DNA of 64,000 nt from Thermodesulfobacteriota bacterium (GTDB lineage: Bacteria; Desulfobacterota_D; UBA1144; Nemesobacterales; Nemesobacteraceae): the NCBI GenBank assembly GCA_965116725.1, contig OZ220700.1, positions 77,897 to 141,896 on the forward strand, read 5' to 3'. Below the pieces are notes generated by a model. That model saw only the letters and a program-made list of their open reading frames with translations. It was not told the DNA's origin and did no database searches. The translations under genes and the position numbers were made by a program. Numbering within the stretch: the stretch's first letter is position 1; each line of letters begins with the position of its first letter. Below, in pieces: positions 1 through 9,234 of this stretch.

Positions 1-925
1 CAGAAAAAAGGCCGGTTTGGGAAGATCTAGGATAAGGCCTGGTGAAGACTTAGAACTTCTTTTTTCGTTTGAATTGTTGAAATCAGATATCCGAACGCAA
101 CTCACCGAGATTGGAGCTCCCGCAAAAATCTCTGACAGAGTCATTGAGATCATCGGAAAAGATGAGGAGAACAGAAACAAGATTGCCCATGAAATCCGCC
201 ATGCGGTTGCCATTTACCAAGGTCAGGCTACACTGGGAAAAATCATCAATGTAATTCTTCATGAAGGCAGACAACCGCTCAGCTACTTCCGGAACCAGAT
301 ACCGAACCTGCGGCACTGGCACGATTTGTTGCAAAAAACTGGAGATTCCGAAGCGCTTGAAAAAATCCTCCCTCTTGTTGACGGCATAGGAGAAAACGCG
401 GAAATCTTCGTTAAGCTCTTCGGCAGGCTTGATCCTCTGGCAGCAGGAAACCGCGCTGCAAAAAAGAAATTGAAACTAAAAAAAGCGCTTCAGGATGCGG
501 TTGCCATCTTTGAAAAAGAAATGAAGTCCTGCAAGGCTACTTACGAGGTCACAGGTGCTAACAATTTCAGCTTTCCCTGCTGGCCTCAGGACATTTATGC
601 GATTTTCACAAATCTCATTGATAACAGCCTTTACTGGATGCGTGGAAAAAAGATTTCTGAGCGGAAAATTACTGTTGAACTTGTGACTGAGGACGGTTCA
701 CTGCTTCACGTTGATTACCGTGACACCGGACCAGGTATTGAACCGGCACTTATTGCAAGCGCGGCGATATTTGAACCCCAGTTCTCCACCAAACCGTATG
801 GCACCGGTTTGGGTCTTGCTATTGCCGGTGAAGCTGCTGCCCGAAATGGTCTTGAACTGAAAGCCTTCGAGTCCGATGAAGGAGCTTGGTTCAGACTGCA
901 GCCGAAAACGGAGGACGAAGAATGA
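1..925 (+). CDS. Sensor histidine kinase-like protein, 5'-partial (frame is open to the window edge)
   Basis: H-box-like LHEGRQPLSYF and a C-terminal HATPase_c region (NLIDNSLYW ... GTGLGLAIA). The reading frame stays open upstream of the TTG at 17. The stop overlaps the start of the next gene as ATGA. Confidence 0.6.
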   Translation, partial: RKKAGLGRSRIRPGEDLELLFSFELLKSDIRTQLTEIGAPAKISDRVIEIIGKDEENRNKIAHEIRHAVAIYQGQATLGKIINVILHEGRQPLSYFRNQIPNLRHWHDLLQKTGDSEALEKILPLVDGIGENAEIFVKLFGRLDPLAAGNRAAKKKLKLKKALQDAVAIFEKEMKSCKATYEVTGANNFSFPCWPQDIYAIFTNLIDNSLYWMRGKKISERKITVELVTEDGSLLHVDYRDTGPGIEPALIASAAIFEPQFSTKPYGTGLGLAIAGEAAARNGLELKAFESDEGAWFRLQPKTEDEE

Positions 926-1944
926 GTGCATTTCAACTTCTCCTTGTCGAAGACAATGAGAAAGAAATTAATGTCTGCAAAGACGCTCTAGAGACATACC
1001 AAAAGGTAAAACAGCGAGAAGTAAATCTTATCGAATGCAAAAACCTTAAAGAAGCCTTGTCAAAACTCGACAGTTCCATTGACGGCGCAATCATAGACCT
1101 GAAGCTTCAAGGCAAAGCGCATGAAGGCAATAAGGTTCTCATCGAAAACGAAAAGCTCCACTTACGGATTCCAGTTGCCATCCTTACAGGGACACCTGAT
1201 GAAGCAAACGTGAACTGCGCAAATATAGGGGTTTTCAAAAAAGGGGACCCTGGAACAGGATATGCTGATCTGCTGGAGCGTCTCTGGAATATCTATGAGA
1301 CCGGACTGACCCGCATCATGGGCGGCAGAGGCACCATTGAAGATACCCTGAATGAAGTGTTCCGTAACAGTCTTCTTCCGCGAATAGATGAATGGATGAA
1401 GTACAGTGAAGCTGACCCTAGCAGAACTGAAAAATCTCTCCTACGTCATACTCTAAATCATTTGCTCCAACTTCTTGATGATGAACATCCTTACTATCCC
1501 GAAGAAGTGTATTTGCATCGGCAGCCTACCACAGAAACTTGGACCGGCAGTCTTGTGAAAAAGAAAGAGGAGGATAAGTGGTTCGTTGTAATGAATCCGG
1601 CCTGTGACCTAGTCAGACGGGAAAATGGTCGTCCGAAGACTGACAGAATCCTCATTATCGAAGTGGATTCCATAAAAGCGACATCTCGAAAAGAACGAAA
1701 AGAAATGTCTAAAAATAAGGAATTACATTATCATTTGCTGCCTGAAACAGATTTTTTCAAAGGAGGTCTCCTGAATTTCAGGAAACTGACTACTCTGGAA
1801 ATCGGAGAGTTCGAAGAAAAATTTGAGGTTTCTCAAATACAGATATCACCGTCTTTCGTTAAAGATATTGCGTCGCGCTTTTCCTCATATTATGCCCGGC
1901 AGGGACAGCCGGATATCGACTTTGATAAATTCATCGATCCTTGA
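922..1944 (+). CDS. Response regulator: N-terminal receiver (REC) domain with an uncharacterised C-terminal domain of about 200 aa
   Basis: LLVEDNEKE ... IIDLKL matches a receiver domain with a phospho-acceptor Asp. A GGAGG sits 7 nt before the ATG at 922. The ATGA overlap with the upstream kinase suggests coupling. The C-terminal half shows no motif I recognise. Confidence 0.6.
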   Translation: MSAFQLLLVEDNEKEINVCKDALETYQKVKQREVNLIECKNLKEALSKLDSSIDGAIIDLKLQGKAHEGNKVLIENEKLHLRIPVAILTGTPDEANVNCANIGVFKKGDPGTGYADLLERLWNIYETGLTRIMGGRGTIEDTLNEVFRNSLLPRIDEWMKYSEADPSRTEKSLLRHTLNHLLQLLDDEHPYYPEEVYLHRQPTTETWTGSLVKKKEEDKWFVVMNPACDLVRRENGRPKTDRILIIEVDSIKATSRKERKEMSKNKELHYHLLPETDFFKGGLLNFRKLTTLEIGEFEEKFEVSQIQISPSFVKDIASRFSSYYARQGQPDIDFDKFIDP

Positions 1945-2343
1945 ACCAAATAGACCGAATCCAGAAACGCCGAGAAACATGACGAATACGCATTGATTGC
2001 TAAATGGTTCTGTCTATTATTCAATTATTCTTCTTGAACATGCAGAAGAAATAAGAGATCAGATTGAGGAATGTCAAGTGAAATATATTCCTATACGGAA
2101 GATAGAAACATTATCTTTAAATATTTCAGAGTTACCGTTTCTGAAACTTTATCACTGTAGAGCCGAAAAAGAATATAGAGTAATCTATGTAGACACTGAA
2201 GTTTTAACCAAACCTAAGGACTATGATATTAACTTGCATTGGATAAAATGGATTTGTCTTAGTCTTTGGATGCCAGAATCATTTTTAGAATCCGTGAAGA
2301 AAACTCTAAGATTCATTCCCGGCTGTAAAAAACGGAGAGATAA

Positions 2344-2676
2344 CAATCGCACAAACAGAAACTTTCACTTCGCGACTGGAGAACCTGCCTATCACGATTG
2401 ACTCTTCCACATGGAGGCAGTCATTTGCTCGGACCATGGTTTCTTGCCCGTTCTTATGGTATCAGCAGATACGACGCGGCCTATCTGGATCTTGCAGTCC
2501 GAGAATCCTTAACACTTGCTAGCTTGGACAGAACACTGGTAAAAGCGGCAGAGAAAGCAGGAGTAAGCATTTATCTTAAAGAAAGGGAAGGGCAAGTGCG
2601 TTATCTGTCTGGGAGTTTTCCGAGCGCTAAGCCTAAAGCAGCAAGAAAACTGATTTATTTCAGCAGACTACGATAA
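2344..2676 (+). pseudogene. PIN-domain (VapC-like) toxin remnant, C-terminal part only
   Basis: GISRYDAAYLDLAVRESLTLASLDRTLVKAAEKAGV resembles the C-terminal conserved block of PIN/VapC toxins. There is no N-terminal PIN half; a stop lies immediately upstream in frame, and the region is AT-rich. Confidence 0.4.
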
Positions 2677-2781
2677 GAAATTAATCTGTTTTCTCTCGAT
2701 ATTCTCTATCCCTTTATTTTACTCTTAAGCCTTGACATGACTCTTTTGATGATTAGTTTGAGAAATGGAGGTACATGCTAG

Positions 2782-3642
2782 ATGCAAACGGCAGTTGCAA
2801 CCTGCGATTCTCTTTCGGTTTTTATGCGGGAGATGGAAAAACATCCGCTTCTCTCAAAAGAGGAAGAGTACGTGCTTGCGGTCAGATATTACGAAAACGA
2901 AGATCTTGAAGCGGCCAATAAACTTGTGGTCTCAAACCTAAGATTCGTGGTGAGAATCGCTTCTGAGTACAAATCCTACGGTTTTCCAATGATGGACCTT
3001 GTTCAGGAAGGTTCGATAGGACTGATGCGAGCCATTCAGAAATTCAACCCCTACAAGGGATACAGGCTTATATCATATGCGGTGTGGTGGATCAGGGCAA
3101 GGATCCAGAACCATATAATGAAGTTCTGGAGCAACGTGAAGATCGGAACCACGCAGTCCCAGCGAAAGCTTTTCCAGAGGATAGAAGGAGCGAAGCGCAA
3201 GCTCGGGATAACTGCCGCTAGTATGGAAGATGACGACATAAGCCGTCTTGCGGACCATTTTGGCGTTAAGGAAGACGAAATCTCCCAGATGCAGGTCCGC
3301 GCTTCCAAAAGAGATCTTTCCCTCTCGGAGCGTCCCGCAGGGGAAGACTCCTCGGCCACTTACGGGGAACTGCTTCCTGACCCGTCGGATAACCAGGAAC
3401 AGGTGCTAAGCGAGTTCGGGTTCGACAGCCTTGCCAGGGAGAATCTGCACGAAGCTCTCAAGACGCTCTCAGAGAGGCAGAAAAAGGTGATAAACGAGAG
3501 GTATTTCACCGAACCTCCAAGAAAACTCCACGAAGTAGCCCGGGATCTCGGGGTTTCCCAGGAGAGGGTAAGGCAGATACAGGCCGAGTCCATAGGGAAA
3601 CTCAGGGGATACATGGCCGAAAAACTTGAAATTCACCCGTAA
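2782..3642 (+). CDS. rpoH: RNA polymerase sigma-32 factor (heat-shock sigma)
   Basis: Sigma-70 regions 2 to 4 are present. The RpoH-type segment W..VKIGTTQSQRKLF follows region 2.4. dnaK starts 26 nt downstream. Confidence 0.8.
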   Translation: MQTAVATCDSLSVFMREMEKHPLLSKEEEYVLAVRYYENEDLEAANKLVVSNLRFVVRIASEYKSYGFPMMDLVQEGSIGLMRAIQKFNPYKGYRLISYAVWWIRARIQNHIMKFWSNVKIGTTQSQRKLFQRIEGAKRKLGITAASMEDDDISRLADHFGVKEDEISQMQVRASKRDLSLSERPAGEDSSATYGELLPDPSDNQEQVLSEFGFDSLARENLHEALKTLSERQKKVINERYFTEPPRKLHEVARDLGVSQERVRQIQAESIGKLRGYMAEKLEIHP

Positions 3643-3668
3643 CAAGAAGAAAAATCAGGAGGAATTAA

Positions 3669-5591
3669 ATGGCTTCTAAGATAATAGGAATAGACCTTGG
3701 AACAACTAATTCATGCATAGCCATCGTTGAGGGCGGCGAACCGAAAGTGATAATCAACGAGGAAGGCACGAGAACGACCCCGTCGGTAGTCGCGTTTCTA
3801 AAAGGCGGAGAAGAGATTCTGGTCGGCGGACCGGCGAAGCGCCAGGCCGTGGCCAATCCCGAAAACACCGTCTACTCCACGAAAAGGCTTATGGGCAGAA
3901 GGTTCGAGGAGATATCGAGCGAAACTTACAGCCTTGCCTACAAGGTAGTGAAATCAGGCAAGTCGGACGCCTGGGTAGAGGTAGAGGGAAAAGAGTATTC
4001 TCCTCCGCAGGTCTCAGCGCACGTGCTCACGAAGCTTAGGAAGGCTGCCGAGGATTACTTGGGGTCTGAAGTCACTGAAGCCGTTATCACTGTTCCCGCG
4101 TATTTTAACGACAGCCAGCGCCAAGCCACAAAAGATGCCGGGAAAATAGCTGGCCTTGACGTAAAGCGCATAATAAACGAGCCGACCGCGGCAGCTTTGG
4201 CCTACGGGTTTGACAAGAAGAAAGAAGGCATGATAGTCGTCTACGACCTCGGAGGCGGAACTTTTGACGTATCGGTGCTTGAGGTCGGAAACAACGTTAT
4301 AGAGGTAAAGTCCACAAACGGCGATACCCATCTCGGCGGAGACGATTTTGACAAGAGGGTGATCGACTACATAATCTCCGAGTTCAAAAAGGATTCCGGG
4401 ATAGACCTCGGGGCGGACAAGATGGCCGTGCAGAGGCTGAGGGAAGCCGCCGAGAAAGCCAAGATCGAGCTTTCAAACACCGTCGAGACGGAAATTAACC
4501 TGCCGTTTATAACGGCCGATGCGAGCGGTCCAAAGCACCTTGTGATGAAGATAACGCGTTCAAAGTTCGAGCAGCTCATAGAAGATCTTATAAAAGGCAC
4601 GCTTAAGCCCTGCGAGCAGGCCCTTAAGGACGCCGGACTTCGCCCGGGCGAGATAGCCGAGGTAATACTGGTTGGCGGATCGACCAGGATCCCGCTTGTG
4701 CAGAAAGTCGTGACTGACTTTTTCGCAAAAGACCCGAGCAGGGGGATAAACCCCGACGAAGTGGTTGCCATGGGGGCCGCCATACAGGCGGGCGTGCTTG
4801 GAGGGGACGTAACCGATGTGCTCCTTCTCGACGTGATACCGCTCTCCTTGGGTATAGAAACCCTTGGAGGGGTCATGACCACTATAATCGAGAGAAACAC
4901 GACCATTCCCACGAAGAAAAGCCAGGTTTTTACCACAGCAGAAGATAACCAGAACTCGGTTGAGATCCACGTGCTGCAGGGGGAGAGGCAAATGGCTGCC
5001 GATAACAGGACGCTTGCTAGGTTCATCCTGTCGGGGATTCCCGCGGCTGCAAGAGGGATTCCGCAGATAGAGGTCACTTTCGACACGGACGCCGACGGAA
5101 TACTCCACGTATCCGCCAAGGACAACGCGACCCAGAAGGAGCAGAAGGTTAAGGTCGAGGCTTCAAGCGGGCTAAGCAGCGATGAGATCGACTCCATGGT
5201 CGAAGAAGCCGAGAAGATGTCCGAGAAGGACAAGGAGAAAAGCGAGCAGGTTCAGAAGAGAAACCAGCTTGACGAGCTTGTTTACAGGACCGACAAGAGC
5301 TTCCAGGAGCTTGGCGATGGTCTCTCCGAGGATGAGAAGAAGGATCTAGAGCAGGCCCTTGAAGAAGGAAGGGAAGCGCTTAAGTCGGATGATCCGACCA
5401 GAATTGACCAAGCGACAGAGAAAATAACCGCTGTTTCCCACAAGCTTGCGGAGCTTATGTATAAGAAACAGCAGGAAGAGGCTGCTGAACAGGGTGCCGG
5501 GGAGGGTGGACAGGAAGGTTCTGCGTCTGGGCAAGGAAATTCCACCTCGGGCGATGATGTTATAGACGCCGAGTTTACCGAGCAAAAGTAA
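3669..5591 (+). CDS. dnaK: Molecular chaperone DnaK (Hsp70)
   Basis: [18 protein letters not shown] and [10 protein letters not shown] are textbook Hsp70 signatures over the full length. An AGGAGG RBS is present. Confidence 0.97.
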   Translation: MASKIIGIDLGTTNSCIAIVEGGEPKVIINEEGTRTTPSVVAFLKGGEEILVGGPAKRQAVANPENTVYSTKRLMGRRFEEISSETYSLAYKVVKSGKSDAWVEVEGKEYSPPQVSAHVLTKLRKAAEDYLGSEVTEAVITVPAYFNDSQRQATKDAGKIAGLDVKRIINEPTAAALAYGFDKKKEGMIVVYDLGGGTFDVSVLEVGNNVIEVKSTNGDTHLGGDDFDKRVIDYIISEFKKDSGIDLGADKMAVQRLREAAEKAKIELSNTVETEINLPFITADASGPKHLVMKITRSKFEQLIEDLIKGTLKPCEQALKDAGLRPGEIAEVILVGGSTRIPLVQKVVTDFFAKDPSRGINPDEVVAMGAAIQAGVLGGDVTDVLLLDVIPLSLGIETLGGVMTTIIERNTTIPTKKSQVFTTAEDNQNSVEIHVLQGERQMAADNRTLARFILSGIPAAARGIPQIEVTFDTDADGILHVSAKDNATQKEQKVKVEASSGLSSDEIDSMVEEAEKMSEKDKEKSEQVQKRNQLDELVYRTDKSFQELGDGLSEDEKKDLEQALEEGREALKSDDPTRIDQATEKITAVSHKLAELMYKKQQEEAAEQGAGEGGQEGSASGQGNSTSGDDVIDAEFTEQK

Positions 5592-5949
5592 GCCTCGAAT
5601 TCAATTCCTCCCCCTGTTTTTCATTGAGAGGGCATCGCTCTTCTAATCGGTAAAAAGAGTGCCGAAATAGTTTTGCTAGGGGAGTTATATATCTAGCTTC
5701 CCTAAACTAGACAATCTACTCAAATAAGTAAGGAGCTAGGGCTACGATTTGTCCATTGGGTAGAGAAACATTATAATTTAAAAGCTCGTTTCATCAAACG
5801 ACAAAAATGCTTCCATCACTCTTTTTGTGCTAATAACTTCGTATAATCAGTAATTATTTCTTTAAGTGGTACTCACAAATGTCACGTTAAATCCAATGAG
5901 CGACTTCTGATCTACGGAAGACTTGGTTTGATCACGAAATCAGGAGTAA

Positions 5950-6251
5950 TATCCCAAGAAATATAACAATGCCAACAGTCTCGGACTAAAGTTTCACCTC
6001 CACAGAAGAGATTTGCCGGATTCGCCGGACCTGATTTCCCCAAGGAGAAAAACAGCACTGTTTGTGCATGGATGTTTCTGGTACAGACGCAAGAATTGTT
6101 TGGGAGCAACGACTCCAAAAACCAACATTGAGTACTGGAACAACAAATTCAGGCACAATATGGAGCACGATAGGGAAAGCAGAAGAAAATTGAGCATAAC
6201 AGCTGGAAAGTCTTTGTGATATGGGGTGTGAAACAAAAACTAGGAAATTAA
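5950..6251 (+). pseudogene. vsr: Very-short-patch repair endonuclease (Vsr) remnant, N-terminally truncated and frameshifted
   Basis: LFVHGCFWYRRKNCLGATTPKTNIEYWNNKFRHNMEHDRESRRKL matches the Vsr core (FVDGCFWH ... PKTN.EFW ... RD). The expected C-terminal SWKVFVIWG block continues in the +1 frame after an A-run near 6180. The first roughly 30 residues are missing. Confidence 0.6.
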
Positions 6252-6311
6252 TAGAAGCTTTTTAAAGGAAAAACTTTTTAATCTAACTGTCAATTCTTCT
6301 ATACATCCCGC

Positions 6312-7901
6312 TTAGGTGCCCATTACCGCACCGGCTTCCATCATAATAGCCTCGATTTCGGGGCGCAATTTATTTGGTATCTCTGCTGCTTGGTTTATCT
6401 GAACATATTTGAAAGTGTTTAGATCAAACGGCACCCGGTCGTCACACTTGGCAGGTTCAAACAAGAAAATAAGGCGGTTCTTCTCGTGGTGCTTAAGGGC
6501 GAATCCCGCTTCGATATAGACATTGGGACGATGACCTGTAAGGTCGCAAACAATAATGTCAGAAGAAGCGATGGCCTCATACATTCTGGAATGAATGGGA
6601 AAAGTGCCGCCTTCCTCAGTTCCCATGTCGATCAGCTCAAGTCTCATACCATGAACTTGCTGAAAAGTATTGAGTGTTTGTTGAAGTTGTTGGAACCGTA
6701 ACACCGCTTTATCGTAGGCATTTTCCGGTGCATCCTGAGCCGGATACCAGCGGGCGAGAAAAACGCGATTGGGGATACGGGACTGTGCCACCTTGAAGGT
6801 TTCAAGTAACTGTTGTGCTGGAGAAATCGGATTCAACAAGTTGGTAATGCCATGGTCGCCTAGCCAATGGCCAATCCGATCAAGGCAATCCACTGTTCGG
6901 CGAACCTTCTTTTCGTGATCTTCCCCATTTTCTTCATGCCAGACTAGAGCAGCCAGTTCAAGGAAGCCATGCGTTTTGCAGAGAGAAGGATGGTTAACTT
7001 CCAACTGCGTAACGATATCGGATAATCCTGCAAACAAGTCATTTGCGAAACTAGTCAATGTTTGTCGATCTCGGGCGATAGCCGCATCCATGTTGATCAT
7101 GTTTCGAGCAGACTCCCACAAGGCAGTCAGTGGACGCTCACCGAATCGCCGCCTTGTCGGTTCCGGCAATCCCTTCAGTTGATTCGCCAGAAGTCGTGTC
7201 AAGTGCAGTTCTTTACTATAGGAAAACTCGTTGTCCGGTGTCATTGCATAATCTGGGTGCTGGCCGAGCAGCAGGTGCATTCCGTGTTCCGATTCTAACG
7301 GCAGCGCAGTGCTGTTGATGGTATGAAAGATCAGCGATTCCGAGAAATCGTCGGCGTCACTATCTGGTGGCCCAAGCAACACCATGCAAAATGGTGCAAG
7401 ATATTTTTGCGGAAGGTTCACGTCCTCCTGCAAATTTTCAGCAAACGCCAGCCGATGGTTTCCATCAATACGGCGGATGAGCTTATCCGCCTTAATTGCT
7501 TCCAATTCACTAGACTTCACCCGCAGTTTCTGAATACGGTGATTCTTTCCTGTGAAACGCCTTCCCATCCTGATGAGGCCATAGCCCTTTGTTTCAATAC
7601 CTACGGTTTCATTGTCAATCTGGATCGGCTCTCCTTCACAACGGACAGCGAGAATCACCTCTGGGATGAAGCGATTGTCACTGTATTCCAGATAGTTCTT
7701 AATATCTTCTGCGTGTTTAGCGTCAAGCTTGCGTTGGTGACCGTCTACTTGACCAGTCTGGTCACCAACAGTCATTTGATAGGGAACGGAAACCGCCGCC
7801 AGATCACGCAAGTCAGCAAAACCACGAATGATCTTGAAGATGCCGAGAACCCCTGCCGAAAACAGTCCTTCGAATTCGATGTATTGTCGTCGACGGGACA
7901 T
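6312..7901 (-). CDS. Fusion protein: DndB-like DGQHR (ParB/Srx-fold) domain N-terminally, nucleoside 2-deoxyribosyltransferase-like (NDT-like) domain C-terminally
   Basis: The N-terminal region carries a QR motif (GHQRKLDAKHAEDIKNYL), a DGxHR motif (IDGNHRLAF) and FHTINSTALPL, typical of DGQHR/DndB-like proteins. The C-terminus has DLTGHRPNVYIEAGFAL, the ExGxA catalytic block of NDT/DNPH1-like domains. The start lies 2 nt after the hsdS stop on the same strand. Confidence 0.55.
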   Translation of the reverse strand: MSRRRQYIEFEGLFSAGVLGIFKIIRGFADLRDLAAVSVPYQMTVGDQTGQVDGHQRKLDAKHAEDIKNYLEYSDNRFIPEVILAVRCEGEPIQIDNETVGIETKGYGLIRMGRRFTGKNHRIQKLRVKSSELEAIKADKLIRRIDGNHRLAFAENLQEDVNLPQKYLAPFCMVLLGPPDSDADDFSESLIFHTINSTALPLESEHGMHLLLGQHPDYAMTPDNEFSYSKELHLTRLLANQLKGLPEPTRRRFGERPLTALWESARNMINMDAAIARDRQTLTSFANDLFAGLSDIVTQLEVNHPSLCKTHGFLELAALVWHEENGEDHEKKVRRTVDCLDRIGHWLGDHGITNLLNPISPAQQLLETFKVAQSRIPNRVFLARWYPAQDAPENAYDKAVLRFQQLQQTLNTFQQVHGMRLELIDMGTEEGGTFPIHSRMYEAIASSDIIVCDLTGHRPNVYIEAGFALKHHEKNRLIFLFEPAKCDDRVPFDLNTFKYVQINQAAEIPNKLRPEIEAIMMEAGAVMGT

Positions 7902-7902
7902 A

Positions 7903-9234
7903 TCAACTTGCCCCTACAGGATGAATGCCGAGGATCATCTTTTCAATATCGGTTTCCCGGTCGATCAATGTACCGTTGGCAGCGCTGATGTTTTTCATTA
8001 TTTTTAGTCGGCGTTGTGCGAAATCTTGCTGAACAGCGCCAGATATTTCGGGAAGCCTGATCTCGGCTAAGTTCGCATAGTACATTCGTTGTTTCACACC
8101 GCCCACTCGGTTGAATGAAACAAGCGAGAGAAAATAGTCCGTCCGCAGCAAAAGCGCCATGAAATCAGGAAGAAAACCGTTTTTTATCCGCCATACTTGA
8201 TATTCTGGACTGGTAATCGCATCATTCGGTACATCCGGCACGATACCGAGGGAACCGACATTGGCGCGGGTCGGGTTATGGAAAAACCAGTCTTTCTCGA
8301 TCTTCTTGTATGACGCATTGAAATCCTTGCCCTTTTGTATAGAACTTAGGAAAATTCCTTCTTCATTGTTAACGCCATATATGAACCATTCCTTCTCAGG
8401 TTCCACCCAAGGTTTGACGGTTTCGGTACATTCCTCAGTATAATCGCCCAGCCGCACAAATTCAGGATTGGTGGAAATGAAAGCAGCTGCACGTCCGGCT
8501 TTTACATCCCATTGTGTAGCATTAGCGTAGTTGGCAAAAAAGACCCTGGAACGGGCGGTTTGACTAAAGGCGTGTGTTTGGTTTGCGAGATAAGTGTGAA
8601 GTTCAGAAACCAAATCCGATAAAGCCACTTCCGCTGCAAATAAATCTTGCCGCGCGGCCGCCCAGTACGCCTCAATCTGCCGCTGAACAGGTAGCGACGG
8701 GACAGGGACTCTAACTACTTCCAACTGTGCTGGTTGAATGCGCTTGCGCCCAGATGTCCCACTAACCATCGAATTTAGATATTTCTTAAACGCCACTGTT
8801 CTAAACAGGAGTCTTATATAGCCCGGAATCGCTTTATCTGTTTTTACTGAATAGACGGGAAACTCCGATGTGACACACATATTCTCAATATCGTCTGGCG
8901 CAAGGCCAATCGCGCCATTGCGTACATCGATCTTCGAGAAAACTACATCACCCGGATGCGCACGAAATAGTCTTCCCTTGATGTCTTTGATTTGAATGGG
9001 AACACGTGGTTCAATTGAACCGTCAAAGCGAATGGTGAGCAACGTGACCCTTGTCTCTGGAGATAGAGTGGCAAGTGCAGCTTCGCTCCTTCTTTCCAAT
9101 ATCTGATTCAATGGCTGGATGATTTCATCAGGCCAATTCCAATTGACAGAAAATTGGGCTGCTACAGACCAAGATGCCAGTTTTTGAAAAGCAACTGAGA
9201 AGGTTCTTGGGCGAAGTAGAGAATCCATACTCAT
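7903..9234 (-). CDS. hsdS: Type I restriction-modification specificity subunit (HsdS), two target-recognition domains
   Basis: A central conserved spacer LEVVRVPVPSLPVQRQIEAYW and a C-terminal conserved LPEISGAVQQDFAQRRLKIM repeat separate two variable TRDs. The start overlaps the methyltransferase stop as ATGA. Confidence 0.85.
   Translation of the reverse strand: MSMDSLLRPRTFSVAFQKLASWSVAAQFSVNWNWPDEIIQPLNQILERRSEAALATLSPETRVTLLTIRFDGSIEPRVPIQIKDIKGRLFRAHPGDVVFSKIDVRNGAIGLAPDDIENMCVTSEFPVYSVKTDKAIPGYIRLLFRTVAFKKYLNSMVSGTSGRKRIQPAQLEVVRVPVPSLPVQRQIEAYWAAARQDLFAAEVALSDLVSELHTYLANQTHAFSQTARSRVFFANYANATQWDVKAGRAAAFISTNPEFVRLGDYTEECTETVKPWVEPEKEWFIYGVNNEEGIFLSSIQKGKDFNASYKKIEKDWFFHNPTRANVGSLGIVPDVPNDAITSPEYQVWRIKNGFLPDFMALLLRTDYFLSLVSFNRVGGVKQRMYYANLAEIRLPEISGAVQQDFAQRRLKIMKNISAANGTLIDRETDIEKMILGIHPVGAS

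Noticed and set aside
4367-5233. Long antisense ORFs inside dnaK, for example 288 aa and 182 aa on the minus strand
   Set aside because: They lie fully inside an unambiguous dnaK reading frame. Their composition is Ser/Ala/Pro-rich and low-complexity, typical of antisense reading of GC-rich coding DNA. They have no RBS and no motifs.
5592-5960. tRNA or tmRNA as the insertion target at the dnaK-side island border
   Set aside because: No T-loop (GGTTCGAATCC-like) or acceptor-stem arrangement could be recognised by eye. This cannot be excluded without tRNAscan or Infernal.
6013-6219. 68-aa plus-strand ORF as an independent small gene
   Set aside because: It is the central conserved part of a Vsr endonuclease whose N- and C-terminal parts are missing or in another frame. 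It is reported instead as a vsr pseudogene.
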